64,000 nt of DNA from Methanofastidiosum sp. (GTDB taxonomy: Archaea; Methanobacteriota_B; Thermococci; Methanofastidiosales; Methanofastidiosaceae). A program made the translations under genes and the position numbers. Where the stretch lies: positions 2,210 to 66,209 of the forward strand of contig JBDKUY010000005.1 in assembly GCA_039679445.1 (NCBI GenBank), in the 5' to 3' direction. Each line of letters begins with the position of its first letter. Within the stretch, counting starts at the first letter, position 1. This document shows positions 18,262 through 28,498 of this stretch, piece by piece. The notes beneath the pieces are model-generated. The model was not told the origin of the DNA. It saw only the letters and a program-made list of their open reading frames with translations, and ran no database searches.

Positions 18262-18559
18262 TGAACCCACCTTCATGTTACAAGCTACCTCAAGGCTAAT
18301 TTATAAATCTTTCTAGAGATATGCCCTATATCTTATAAAAATATTAAAATATATTTATATTTTCAATTATTATTTATGATAATCAATAAAACAAATCAAA
18401 ATTTAAAAATATATTTATTTTATAACTTTATATCATCTCGATAAGTGATCTAAGGTCTAGAATAACAATCAAAAGATATCTAGGCAGTAAGTCTATCCCA
18501 AGATATGAAAATAAACCCTTTAGGCCTTTCTTAGTTTAGTTTCTGTAATCACTTAATAC

Positions 18560-18880
18560 CTATTTTGTCAGTTCATCAAGGATTCTCATACCTTTTGTGA
18601 AGGCTGGCTGGCCTGATGTCAATAAAACTACTCTTAAAACATCGACTATTTCATCTGGCGTAACCTTTAGCTCCTTAATAGCCGAGCGCATCTGTTTTTC
18701 TGTGGCTGTTTCATCACAGTGGCCGGCAGCGATTCCAATTGCAATAAGCTTCTGTGTTTTATAATCTAAGGCTTTTCCAGTGTAAACAACTTCGTTAAGA
18801 GTCTTTATAGCTTCATAAATATCGGGGTACTCTTTTTTTACCTTCCCCATGCCCTTTCCATAAAATATTTCATATTTCAT
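18560..18880 (-). CDS. CMD/AhpD-like family protein, paralog of 13311-13634
   Basis: LDYKTQKLIAIGIAAGHCDE..DEIVDVLRVVLLTSG. Confidence 0.8.
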   Translation of the reverse strand: MKYEIFYGKGMGKVKKEYPDIYEAIKTLNEVVYTGKALDYKTQKLIAIGIAAGHCDETATEKQMRSAIKELKVTPDEIVDVLRVVLLTSGQPAFTKGMRILDELTK

Positions 18881-18981
18881 TTTATCCCAATTACTAATTA
18901 GTTTTAATCTTTATAAACATAATTACTTTCGAAATATAAATAATCAAAAGACATTTAACGAATTTTCTTATCTGGAAAGTA

Positions 18982-19653
18982 ATGGAGGAGCTGTTATTTC
19001 TTTCTATCGGTTTTGGCGTAGGATTGTCGGGGGCAATTGCACCTGGCCCGCTGTTTATGGCCACAATAAAGGACACTTTGAAGTACGGTCCGCTTTCCGG
19101 CCCAATGATATGTGTCGGGCACCTTTTTGTAGAGATCCCGATAATAATAGGCCTTTCCCTTGGCATATCTTATGTTATCAATATCCCGATTGTAAGGGCC
19201 ATGATAGGATTAATTGGAGGGGTGAGCCTTTTTTACCTAGGGATTCAGATCATAAAAGACAGGAAAAAATTTGAAAAGGTTTCTGAAGAGAGTATGAAGG
19301 GCATCGAAAAGGATCACGCAAGAATTAAAAAGGAGTATTTGCTCCCGATGAAAACAGGTTTCATATTCACAATTTTAAATCCAGCAATGTTTATCTGGTG
19401 GTTTACAGTTGGGAACGGTCTTGTTATGAGGGGCCTTGCAATTGGATTTATGGGAGTTTTCCTATTATTTGTGGGCCACTGGTTAGCAGATGTTTCATGG
19501 TATTCATTTCTTTCATTTTCAGTTTCTAAAGGTAAGAAGTTCATAAGTCCTAGAATCTATGAGGTAATTCTCTTTGCCTGTGGGATCTTCCTTCTTTCCA
19601 TCGGATTGTATTTCCTCTACGGTTCCTTCCCTTACTTTAGTCACTATATCTAA
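18982..19653 (+). CDS. LysE family translocator
   Basis: GAIAPGPL, GHLFVE, LNP..WWFTVG, GHWLAD. Confidence 0.85.
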   Translation: MEELLFLSIGFGVGLSGAIAPGPLFMATIKDTLKYGPLSGPMICVGHLFVEIPIIIGLSLGISYVINIPIVRAMIGLIGGVSLFYLGIQIIKDRKKFEKVSEESMKGIEKDHARIKKEYLLPMKTGFIFTILNPAMFIWWFTVGNGLVMRGLAIGFMGVFLLFVGHWLADVSWYSFLSFSVSKGKKFISPRIYEVILFACGIFLLSIGLYFLYGSFPYFSHYI

Positions 19654-19685
19654 TATTTTTATATTAGAAAAGATAATGGTATCAT

Positions 19686-20720
19686 ATGCTTGAAATAGAT
19701 GGTAGTTTTGGGGAAGGAGGGGGTCAGATACTCAGGACTTCACTAGCCCTATCTGTTTTAACAGAAACTCCTGTTCACGTCTATAATATAAGGAGGAACA
19801 GGCCAAGGGAAGGATTAGCCCCGCAGCACTTGAAAACAATATCTGCAATTGAAGAGCTTACTGACTCGATAGCAGAAGGGAAATCAATAAGTTCTACTGA
19901 AATTAAGTTTATACCCAAAAATGAGTTCAAAAGAAAGATCACGATTAATATTGGAACTGCAGGGAGCATTACTCTACTATTGCAGTCCCTCATGGTACTT
20001 TTACCCTTTTTAGAAAATAAAACAACTGTCGGCGTCTACGGGGGGACAGATGTCCCATGGAGCCCCCAGATAGACTATCTTAGGGAAGTAACTGTGCCAG
20101 CCTTGGAGAGGATGGGGTACAGTATTTCAATCGGCAAAATAACGAGGGGGTACTATCCGGAAGGCGGGGGTTATGCCGAGATAGAGGTAAAACCTATTAA
20201 AAAACTCAAATCAATCCAAATCGACAAATTTGAAAAATTGTCAAAAATTCAGGGTATTTCTTACTCCACAAATCTCCCTGAAAATGTGACTGAACGGCAA
20301 AAAAAATCCGCAAGGGGGGTGATTTCTAGAGAGGGTATCACGCCTAACATCAAACTTCAAGTTGAGAAGGATTCAAGCCAAAGGATCGGCTCCGGCATAT
20401 TCCTTTTTTCAAAAGATAAGGACTCAATCATCGGAGACGGGTCATTGGGTGAAAGAGGGAAAAGGGCAGAAGAGGTAGGCGAGGAGGGGGCAAAACAGTT
20501 TATGGAGAAGTATTCGGAAGGGTTTGATTGTCACCTATCCGACCAACTAGTCCCATATATGGCCCTAGCGGAGGGGGAATCATCCATATATACCAAAAAT
20601 ACTTCTCATCTTGAGACAAATATCTCGATTTTGGAGAAATTTTACGATATTAAATTTTTATGGAAGGATAATTTGTTAGAAGTAGAGGGCATTGGGCTTG
20701 AAAATGTTTATATAGATTAA
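19686..20720 (+). CDS. rtcA: RNA 3'-terminal phosphate cyclase
   Basis: IDGSFGEGGGQILRT, GLAPQHL, GGTDVPWSP, RGYYPEGGG, DQL, SHLETN. Confidence 0.95.
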   Translation: MLEIDGSFGEGGGQILRTSLALSVLTETPVHVYNIRRNRPREGLAPQHLKTISAIEELTDSIAEGKSISSTEIKFIPKNEFKRKITINIGTAGSITLLLQSLMVLLPFLENKTTVGVYGGTDVPWSPQIDYLREVTVPALERMGYSISIGKITRGYYPEGGGYAEIEVKPIKKLKSIQIDKFEKLSKIQGISYSTNLPENVTERQKKSARGVISREGITPNIKLQVEKDSSQRIGSGIFLFSKDKDSIIGDGSLGERGKRAEEVGEEGAKQFMEKYSEGFDCHLSDQLVPYMALAEGESSIYTKNTSHLETNISILEKFYDIKFLWKDNLLEVEGIGLENVYID

Positions 20721-20744
20721 ACTTCAATAAACTAAGGTGAGAGA

Positions 20745-22163
20745 ATGGGAGAGCTAAAGAAAGTATCTGAATTTGTGTATGAGATTGAGAAAAAAGGTGA
20801 GATGAAAGTACCAGCTAGGATTTATGCCGATGATAAACTTATAGTTAAAATGAAGGAAGACCTGACATTAAAACAGGCGGAGAATGTATCTTGCCTTAAC
20901 GGGATTGAAGGCTATTCTTTTGTCATGCCTGATGGCCACCAGGGCTATGGATTCCCCATAGGTGGGGTAGCCGCAATGGATTATGAAAATGGCATCATAT
21001 CCCCAGGAGGGGTCGGATACGACATAAACTGCGGGGTAAGGCTTCTAAAATCTGACTTAACGCATGATGATGTTTTTGAGAAAAGAAAGGATATTATTGA
21101 TTCTATATTCAAAAATGTCCCTTCTGGACTTGGTTCCCAGGGCAAGGTAAGATTATCTTCTAAAGACCTTGATGAAGTCCTGATGGTCGGGGCAAAATGG
21201 GCAGTTGATCAGGACTACGGCTGGAAAAAAGACCTGAAGCGTATTGAGAGCGAAGGTAGCATGGAAGGAGACCCAAGCAAGGTCAGCAGCAACGCAAAGA
21301 AGAGAGGGATGCCTCAGCTAGGAAGTCTTGGTAGCGGTAACCACTTCCTTGAAATGCAGGTCATCGATGAGATTTATGATGAGAAAACAGCAGATGGATT
21401 TGGGCTCAGAGAAGGGCAGATCTGTTTTATGATGCATACAGGATCACGAGGCTGTGGTCATCAGATATGCTCTGACTATATCCAAACAATGGAAGGAGCG
21501 CATAAAAAATACAATATAAAAATTCCAGATAGGGAGCTGGTATGTGCACCTGTCCACTCCAAAGAAGGAGAAGATTATTTCAAAGCCATGAGTTCAGGTG
21601 CTAACTTTGCATGGGCAAACAGGCAGATGATAACTCACTGGATAAGAGAATCTATTTCAAAAGTGATAGATGAGGATCCAGAAGATCTAGGATTAGAAAT
21701 ATTATATGATGTTGCCCATAATATAGCCAAGCTCGAAAAACACAACGGCAAGAAGTACTGTGTTCATAGAAAAGGGGCAACAAGGGCATTCTGGAAGGGG
21801 AGAGATGAACTGCCAAAAGAGTATGAAGACTTCGGGCAGCCAGTTATAATCCCTGGCGACATGGGAACTGCGTCTTACATAATGGTTGGGGTAAAATCAT
21901 CAAGTCAAACGTTTGGGTCAACATGTCACGGAGCTGGAAGAGTTCTTTCAAGAAGTGCGGCGATTAAGAAATTTAGAGGTGAAGACATAATCAAAATGCT
22001 TGAAAAGCAAAATATATATGTCAAAGCCGCTTCTCCAAAGGTCGTTGCCGAAGAAGCTCCTGACGTATACAAAGATATTCATAATGTAGTGGACGTATGT
22101 GATAAAGCAGGTCTTGCAAAGAAAGTTGCAAAACTTAGGCCAATAGGGGTAGCTAAGGGGTAG
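20745..22163 (+). CDS. rtcB: RNA-splicing ligase RtcB
   Basis: MPDGHQGYGFPIGG, GYDINCG, GSGNHF, HTGSRG, HRKGAT, STCHGAGR. Confidence 0.97.
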   Translation: MGELKKVSEFVYEIEKKGEMKVPARIYADDKLIVKMKEDLTLKQAENVSCLNGIEGYSFVMPDGHQGYGFPIGGVAAMDYENGIISPGGVGYDINCGVRLLKSDLTHDDVFEKRKDIIDSIFKNVPSGLGSQGKVRLSSKDLDEVLMVGAKWAVDQDYGWKKDLKRIESEGSMEGDPSKVSSNAKKRGMPQLGSLGSGNHFLEMQVIDEIYDEKTADGFGLREGQICFMMHTGSRGCGHQICSDYIQTMEGAHKKYNIKIPDRELVCAPVHSKEGEDYFKAMSSGANFAWANRQMITHWIRESISKVIDEDPEDLGLEILYDVAHNIAKLEKHNGKKYCVHRKGATRAFWKGRDELPKEYEDFGQPVIIPGDMGTASYIMVGVKSSSQTFGSTCHGAGRVLSRSAAIKKFRGEDIIKMLEKQNIYVKAASPKVVAEEAPDVYKDIHNVVDVCDKAGLAKKVAKLRPIGVAKG

Positions 22164-22250
22164 ATAAGCTCTATTCTGCCTTAAGGTTTAAGAATAAGTT
22201 TAGATATATATTAATTTATTATTGAGAATCTAAGGAGGGGATGATAAGAT

Positions 22251-22772
22251 ATGCCACCACATTGTGATACAATGGACGGCCCGGTTGTAGTTGCTGCCAA
22301 AATGGCTTTAGAAAGAGGAAATGTGAACTATATTCTTCCATGGGTACCAAAGGAATCAGAAAAAGAAGTTGTCGCTGCTTTTCAAAAAGCCCTCACTGCA
22401 GGGAAGAACGGCGGTGAAGCAAAAGAAGTTGCGAATCTTTGGTTCTTTGAAACTGTCGTGAGACTCCACAGGGCTGGTGAAAAAGCACCTTATACAGGAC
22501 TAAAACCAGCTGGTTTAGACGAGGGACCAGTTATACCTCTGGTAGAAGAGGCAATTAAGATGGAATCGCCTTCAGCACTCATTGAATTTCTAAGCGAGGC
22601 AATTAATCAAGAAATAACAAATAAATTCGATTTAGTGATGGAGAAAAAAGATCATGATGTCAACAATGTAGATGCGGGAAGACATTTTGTCCATGCTTTT
22701 CTTGGCCTTACACTCTACTCGCATCATCTTTATAAATTTATAAAGGAAAACGACCATGGCAAAGAAAAGTAA
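22251..22772 (+). CDS. DUF6448-like protein
   Basis: HCDTMDGPVV..WFFETVVRLHRAGEKAPYTGLKPAG; RBS GGAGGGG. Confidence 0.75.
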   Translation: MPPHCDTMDGPVVVAAKMALERGNVNYILPWVPKESEKEVVAAFQKALTAGKNGGEAKEVANLWFFETVVRLHRAGEKAPYTGLKPAGLDEGPVIPLVEEAIKMESPSALIEFLSEAINQEITNKFDLVMEKKDHDVNNVDAGRHFVHAFLGLTLYSHHLYKFIKENDHGKEK

Positions 22773-22837
22773 ATTTATTTTTTCAACTCTTTTTTTATAA
22801 ATTTAAATAGGAAAGATAAAAATATATTCTCTCAAGA

Positions 22838-24664
22838 TCAATCTTTTACGTATCCTTCGACACTTTGATCCCACATCTTGTAAAAGAAATCCCTTGTTTT
22901 CTTTATTGTGGCCTTGTCGTTAGTTATTATTCCCGCTTCAAAGTGATCATAGAAGCTGTCTCTTGTTAGATCTGATGAAGAAATCAACGCCTCTCTATCA
23001 TCAGAAACTAGGAACCTAGCATGGCATTCCCTATTTACTCTGACCTCTGCACCGTTTTTCTTTAGGATTTTGAATGCTTTTTTATTTCCCGGCCTTGTAA
23101 TGTGTCTGAATATCGCTCTTACCTTTGCACCCTTTTTCACAACATCTATTATAAAAGATACAATGGAATCATCGAGATACCCTGTAATAAGAAGCTCATT
23201 TTGAGTGTTTTCTATGAGATTAATGGACCTATCTTTTATAATTTTGTCTTGGGGGGTGGTGAAGATTAATTCAAAGGGAGATTCCAAAGGGGCTAATTTT
23301 TCGTAAGTTACTTTCTTAGATGATATTTCTTCAACTTCAGCAGCCTGGCCTAAAGTATAATAGACTCCGGGATCTGCTACTACACATTCTGTGATTTTGT
23401 CTATTTCTTCCCACAACTCTATTAGTTTTTTAGGATCACCATGATTTAAAAATACTTTTTTTGGTGGATCTTTAAATGATGACACATAATCGATTAGATC
23501 TGGATGAGAAGCATGGGCAGAGAATTCAATCCATTCTACCCTTGACTTAATCTTTCTTAGTTTTCCATCCTCATCTTTAAATTCTCTTAATCCATCTAGA
23601 ATTTGTCTGCCAAAAGTTTCTTCAACCTGGTAACCAACTAATATAAGAGAGTTTTTTTCGTCAGGTGCCCATGATTTAAAATAATCAATAACTGGGCCCC
23701 CCGACATCATTCCCGCAGTAGTAACGACTATTACCGGTTCAGGCGACTGAATTATTTTCTTCCTGTTCCAAACCTCTCTAAAAATTTTGCTGTTGAAAGG
23801 ATTTTCTTTTTTGAAGAGATTTATCATCTTTTGATTCATCCAGTTGGGATAGTTGTCGTAGATGTCATTTGCTTTGATAAGCATGCCCTCAAGGTATATG
23901 GGTTGCGATATCTCGCCCCTTTCCTTCGCCTCTTTTAGAATCATCATTATATTTTGGGCCCTGTCTATCGCAAAAACAGGTATCAAGACATTTCCTTTCT
24001 TCTTTTTTGTTTCCTTAATTATTCGGATGAGGTCCTTTTCTCTCTGTTCTATTGGTGGGTGTATGTCACTTCTCATTCCATAAGTTGACTCAAGTATAAG
24101 GTAGTCCACTCCAGGTATTCCTTTTTTAACTGGATTTAAAGTTCTAACATCAGAGCCGATATCCCCTGTATAGACAATTCTTCCGTAAGGTGTGTCAAGA
24201 CATATTTGAGCTGCGCCCAATATATGGCCGGCATCATAAAAAGTAAGGGATATGTCATCATTTATGTAGACCTTTTCTTCATAGTTTAGAGCTACTGCTC
24301 TAGCGATCTCTTTTCTTATATCTTCTTGATAATAAGGAACTTTTTCTCCTTGAAGCTCTTGGACTTTGATAAAATCTTTCTGGATTAAAAGTGCCAGGTC
24401 CATAGTTGGCTTAGTAAAGTATATGGGGCCGTTATATCCAAGAGAATAAAAACGGGGCGCATATCCAGAATGGTCAAGATGTGCGTGAGATATAATAACA
24501 GCTTCAATTGCGGATATGTTAACATCCGATAAATCAGGATACATTCCTTCCCCAGAAAGCTTTACCCCACAATCCAAAATAAATATTCGTCCATCAATAT
24601 CAACTTCAACGCAAGATTTTCCGACCTCGCCAGCAGCACCTAACCATCTAATCTTCATGGACAT
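22838..24664 (-). CDS. Beta-CASP (CPSF-type) metallo-beta-lactamase ribonuclease fused to a C-terminal PLD-like domain
   Basis: DCG, SHAHLDH, GHILGA, YTGD, FSAHA, HGD; tail HARFLVSD..ISSSDLT..EAGI. Confidence 0.85.
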   Translation of the reverse strand: MSMKIRWLGAAGEVGKSCVEVDIDGRIFILDCGVKLSGEGMYPDLSDVNISAIEAVIISHAHLDHSGYAPRFYSLGYNGPIYFTKPTMDLALLIQKDFIKVQELQGEKVPYYQEDIRKEIARAVALNYEEKVYINDDISLTFYDAGHILGAAQICLDTPYGRIVYTGDIGSDVRTLNPVKKGIPGVDYLILESTYGMRSDIHPPIEQREKDLIRIIKETKKKKGNVLIPVFAIDRAQNIMMILKEAKERGEISQPIYLEGMLIKANDIYDNYPNWMNQKMINLFKKENPFNSKIFREVWNRKKIIQSPEPVIVVTTAGMMSGGPVIDYFKSWAPDEKNSLILVGYQVEETFGRQILDGLREFKDEDGKLRKIKSRVEWIEFSAHASHPDLIDYVSSFKDPPKKVFLNHGDPKKLIELWEEIDKITECVVADPGVYYTLGQAAEVEEISSKKVTYEKLAPLESPFELIFTTPQDKIIKDRSINLIENTQNELLITGYLDDSIVSFIIDVVKKGAKVRAIFRHITRPGNKKAFKILKKNGAEVRVNRECHARFLVSDDREALISSSDLTRDSFYDHFEAGIITNDKATIKKTRDFFYKMWDQSVEGYVKD

Positions 24665-24708
24665 TCAAACGTAAAAACCTTTAAATGTTTTATGAATTAT
24701 TAACTAAC

Positions 24709-25497
24709 ATGGAACTTCAATATCATATTAAGTGTAAGGATGGCGATGTTTTTCCTTACGTTATCATGCCAGGGGACCCAAATAGGGTAAATTTAATCGG
24801 GAGCTTTATGGAGGATGTCAAGCAAATTGCATCTAACAGGGAGTATACCACAATTTCGGGGTATTACAAGGGTGTGGGGATAAGTGTTACATCTACGGGA
24901 ATTGGCGCACCCTCAACTTCCATTGCAATAGAAGAGTTAGCGAGGATTGGTGCAAAGACTTTGATTAGGGTAGGGAGCACTGGGGCATTGGAAGAAACAA
25001 TAAAGTGTGGAGATTTAATAATAAACACAGCTTCAGTCAGATATGACGGCGCAACAAAAGATTATATCAATCCATTTTATCCCGCAGCTGCATCCTATGA
25101 AGTAGCTCTTGCGTTAATAGAAGCCTGTGAAAAACTTAATTATAGATATCATGTCGGTATTGGTGCCAGCAGAGATACATTTTATGGTGGGCAGGAGAGG
25201 CCTTCTTTTGGAGATTACCATCAGTCTTTCATGGATAATCTAATAGATGATCTGGAAAAAGCCAAAGTTTTAAATTTGGAGATGGAGGCATCTACAGTTT
25301 TTACACTTTCAAGTCTTTTTGGACTTAGGGCAGGAGCAATACTTGCGGTATTCGGAAATCGCAAGACTCAAGAGTTTGAGGTTAAAGGAGAAGAAGAGGC
25401 TGCAAAAGCAACACTTGAGTCGATAAAGATTCTCTCTGATTGGGATAAGATTAAAGAAAAAAAGAATAAAAAATACCTCTATCCCTCTTTAATCTAA
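24709..25497 (+). CDS. udp: Uridine/nucleoside phosphorylase
   Basis: QYHI, PGDPNRV, NREY, STGIG.PS, IRVGSTG, DTFY.GQER, EMEAS. Confidence 0.9.
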   Translation: MELQYHIKCKDGDVFPYVIMPGDPNRVNLIGSFMEDVKQIASNREYTTISGYYKGVGISVTSTGIGAPSTSIAIEELARIGAKTLIRVGSTGALEETIKCGDLIINTASVRYDGATKDYINPFYPAAASYEVALALIEACEKLNYRYHVGIGASRDTFYGGQERPSFGDYHQSFMDNLIDDLEKAKVLNLEMEASTVFTLSSLFGLRAGAILAVFGNRKTQEFEVKGEEEAAKATLESIKILSDWDKIKEKKNKKYLYPSLI

Positions 25498-25547
25498 AAA
25501 ATTAGAGCAAATGTTTTAAAACGACCTAATTTTATACAATTAATCAT

Positions 25548-25622
25548 GCCGTTGTAGCAAAGCTCGGCCATGCGCTAGACTCGTAATCTAGTTTGACGGG
25601 GGTTCAAATCCCCCCAACGGCT
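25548..25622 (+). tRNA. tRNA-Thr (CGT)
   Basis: Acceptor GCCGTTG/CAACGGC-T, anticodon arm CTAGA-CTCGTAA-TCTAG, T arm GGGGG-TTCAAAT-CCCCC. Confidence 0.95.
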
Positions 25623-25759
25623 TCATATTATTTCTGAGTCCCGATTTGAAAAAGGAGTTCAAATAGAAATGATTTAGAAATAACATATAAGAAAGGTCAA
25701 AACTTATATAAAGAATTCTTTCAATTTATAGAATAACGCCGAAATATAGGGGATTTCAA

Positions 25760-27817
25760 TTGAATCTTCACAGAAAAAGTAGACTAATTATTTCTTTGAT
25801 GGTTATAGTTTCAACTATCTTAGTTTCCCTATTTTCTGGATTATTTATAATGGGGACATCTAATGAAATTGAAAATGACGCTATAACAAAGGAAATTGAG
25901 AAAACTGTCAAAATAATTAATTACGAAATATCAAACCTGGATTCAACTACAATTGACTGGGCATTTTGGGGCGATACTTATTACTTTGTGATAGATAAAA
26001 ACAATGACTATGTAGCCAATAATCTTATGGATGATACTTTTTCTTACCTAGAAATTAATTTTTTTATTATCTTGGGTACCGACGGTAAAATAATTTATAA
26101 AAAAGCTTATGACTTAACTGAAGAAAAAGAAATAGATTTTCCTATAAGTTTAGAAAATTCAATATCTAATAATGAAACATTCCTACTAACAAAATCAGAC
26201 AGCTTCGTAAAAGGGATCCTAAACACTGAAGAAATATCTGCTATTCTAGCATCTCGGCCGATTTTAAAAAGCGATTCCACAGGCCCTATATATGGGACAC
26301 TTATACTTGGTCAGTTTATAGATCCAAGTAAAATTAATAATTTATCAGAAATATCCCTTCATAATATCCAATTATATAAAATAGATTCTCCAGAAGCAGA
26401 TCAGATTTTGAAAGACTCGCCTAATGATTTCTTAGAAGGAAAAAAGATGCATTCGAAAGTAATTAACGATTCTACAATTAATGGCTATTATATCCTAAAA
26501 GATATATATGGGGCACCAGGGCTCCTACTTGAAATTGAAATACCTAGGAGCGTATACTTAGCATTAAAGAAAGCAAGATTCTATTCTATAGTGGGAATGT
26601 TGGGATTCGGTCTTTTTTTCGGGATAGTATTCCTTCTAGTACTAGAAAAGGGAATCCTTTCAAAAATTTTCACTCTCGAAAAAGGAGTAAATGAAATATC
26701 AACAAAAAAGGATTATTCTTCTAGATTAAATATTCACGGGGATGATGAGATTGATTTGCTTGCCTCTAATATTAATGAAATGATTGAAAATATACAAAAA
26801 TCATCTATAGTACTAAAAGAGAGTGAAGAGAGGTATCGAACTTTGTTTGAGGAATCGATGGATGCAATCTGGACTACGGAGTTAGGTGGTAAAATTATCA
26901 CTGCAAATGAAGCTTCAGCAAAATTACTTGATATTCCTCTAAATCAATTGATTGGCTCAAATATCCTAGATTTCTATGAATTCCCAGGGGCTAGAATTGA
27001 ATTTCAAAATAAAATCGCCGAATTAGGTTCAGTTAAAGAATATCCACTAGATTTAATTACTAAAAAAGGAAAGAAAATTAATTGCCTTATTTCTTTTTCT
27101 GCTTGGAGGGGCAATAAAGGGGAGATTATTGGTTACCGTGGGATCGTCCACAACATAACAACTAGAAAATTATATGAAAAACAATTATTAGAATTAAATG
27201 ATACTCTTAAAGTAATAAACAAAATATTAAGGCATGACATATTGAATGAACTCACCGTAGTCATGTCTATATGTGATTTGATAGAGACTGGGAACAATCA
27301 TCTAAAAGATAAAATGATAAAAACAATATACAAGTCAGTTAATCTAATTGAAAAGATGAGAGAGCTTGAGCAAGCTGTAACTTCAGGTGGGCAAATGAAG
27401 ATATACAATCTTCAAGATGTAATAAATGAAGTAATCAAAAATTACCCCAATATAAAATTCTCAATTTCCGGAGATTGTAATGTTGTTGCAGATGCAGCAC
27501 TTAGTTCTGTAATTGATAATTTAGTTCGCAATGCAGTTGTTCATGGGGGAACAGATAAAATTGACTTCAAGATAGAAAATGAAGAAAAATCTTGCATCTT
27601 AAAAGTTATGGACTATGGTAAAGGGATTTCTGAAGATATAAAAAAGAATATTTTTGACGAAGGGGTAAGTTTCGGTGAGGACAAGGGAAGTGGTCTTGGT
27701 CTCTATATCGTGAAAAAAGTAATTGAGCGTTATGGTGGCGCCATAACAGTGGAAGACAATAAGCCAAGTGGCGCTATCTTCACGGTAAAATTAAGAAAAA
27801 CATATGAATTTAGCTAA
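25760..27817 (+). CDS. CHASE4-HAMP-PAS sensor histidine kinase
   Basis: TM, DWAFWGDTY (CHASE4), DEIDLLA..INEM (HAMP), PAS, RHDILN H-box, N/G boxes DYGKGI and GSGLGL. Confidence 0.9.
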   Translation: MNLHRKSRLIISLMVIVSTILVSLFSGLFIMGTSNEIENDAITKEIEKTVKIINYEISNLDSTTIDWAFWGDTYYFVIDKNNDYVANNLMDDTFSYLEINFFIILGTDGKIIYKKAYDLTEEKEIDFPISLENSISNNETFLLTKSDSFVKGILNTEEISAILASRPILKSDSTGPIYGTLILGQFIDPSKINNLSEISLHNIQLYKIDSPEADQILKDSPNDFLEGKKMHSKVINDSTINGYYILKDIYGAPGLLLEIEIPRSVYLALKKARFYSIVGMLGFGLFFGIVFLLVLEKGILSKIFTLEKGVNEISTKKDYSSRLNIHGDDEIDLLASNINEMIENIQKSSIVLKESEERYRTLFEESMDAIWTTELGGKIITANEASAKLLDIPLNQLIGSNILDFYEFPGARIEFQNKIAELGSVKEYPLDLITKKGKKINCLISFSAWRGNKGEIIGYRGIVHNITTRKLYEKQLLELNDTLKVINKILRHDILNELTVVMSICDLIETGNNHLKDKMIKTIYKSVNLIEKMRELEQAVTSGGQMKIYNLQDVINEVIKNYPNIKFSISGDCNVVADAALSSVIDNLVRNAVVHGGTDKIDFKIENEEKSCILKVMDYGKGISEDIKKNIFDEGVSFGEDKGSGLGLYIVKKVIERYGGAITVEDNKPSGAIFTVKLRKTYEFS

Positions 27818-28476
27818 GTGCTATCAAGTGAATTGTCACTATTCTTTGGGGCACAGCTTAATTTTCCCGTATATTCTTTAAGTAATATGCTTCCCGTTAG
27901 TATAAACAATCCTAACGCAAATCCGCCTATGACGTCTGTCAACCAGTGGGCATTTAGGTATATTCTTGAAAATCCTATTAATATGATCATAAAAGATGTA
28001 ATAATTAGCGTGATCCCTTTTATCGCACGAGATTCACTCTTGTGCATAACAAGATAAGTTAGAAATCCAAAAAATACCACTGCATCAGCCGTATGGCCAC
28101 TTGGAAATGAAAAGTCTGTTTTAGATATAATTCCATTTAAGGGTCTTGCTCTCATAATTATCTCTTTTAATACTAATAATACTATAGCATCTAACAATAT
28201 AGTCATTGAAAAAAACAGGGCAAATTTTTTACAGTACCTTCTTAAGAGAAATACGGATAATAATATTGAGATTACAATCATAGATACAAGATTAAAAATA
28301 ACATCAATTAGAATTGATAATGACGTAAAGAAAGAATTTCTAATCTGGGGCATCGCCATACTTAGAAATAAGTCTAATTGGACTAATGTTCCATTATTTA
28401 ACACTTCTAGAAATACCGCGAGAAATAGTATTAAGGAAAATGTGTTAATAATGACTATATTTACAGAAGCTCTCAT
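27814..28476 (-). CDS. PAP2 family phosphatase
   Basis: K..RARP, SFPSGH, SRIYLNAHWLTDV. Confidence 0.92.
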   Translation of the reverse strand: MRASVNIVIINTFSLILFLAVFLEVLNNGTLVQLDLFLSMAMPQIRNSFFTSLSILIDVIFNLVSMIVISILLSVFLLRRYCKKFALFFSMTILLDAIVLLVLKEIIMRARPLNGIISKTDFSFPSGHTADAVVFFGFLTYLVMHKSESRAIKGITLIITSFMIILIGFSRIYLNAHWLTDVIGGFALGLFILTGSILLKEYTGKLSCAPKNSDNSLDST

Positions 28477-28498
28477 AATATTAATAATAAAAAATTAT

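Noticed and set aside
18300-18559. Intergenic stretch with an 8-bp inverted repeat (TAAGTGAT/ATCACTTA) as an ncRNA or small ORF
   Set aside because: No convincing start, RBS or C/D boxes; short repeats are expected in AT-rich DNA
25623-25670. GGAGTTCAAAT after tRNA-Thr as an att-site remnant
   Set aside because: Only about 8 nt match the T arm, it forms a local hairpin (ATTTGAA/TTCAAAT), and no integrase is present
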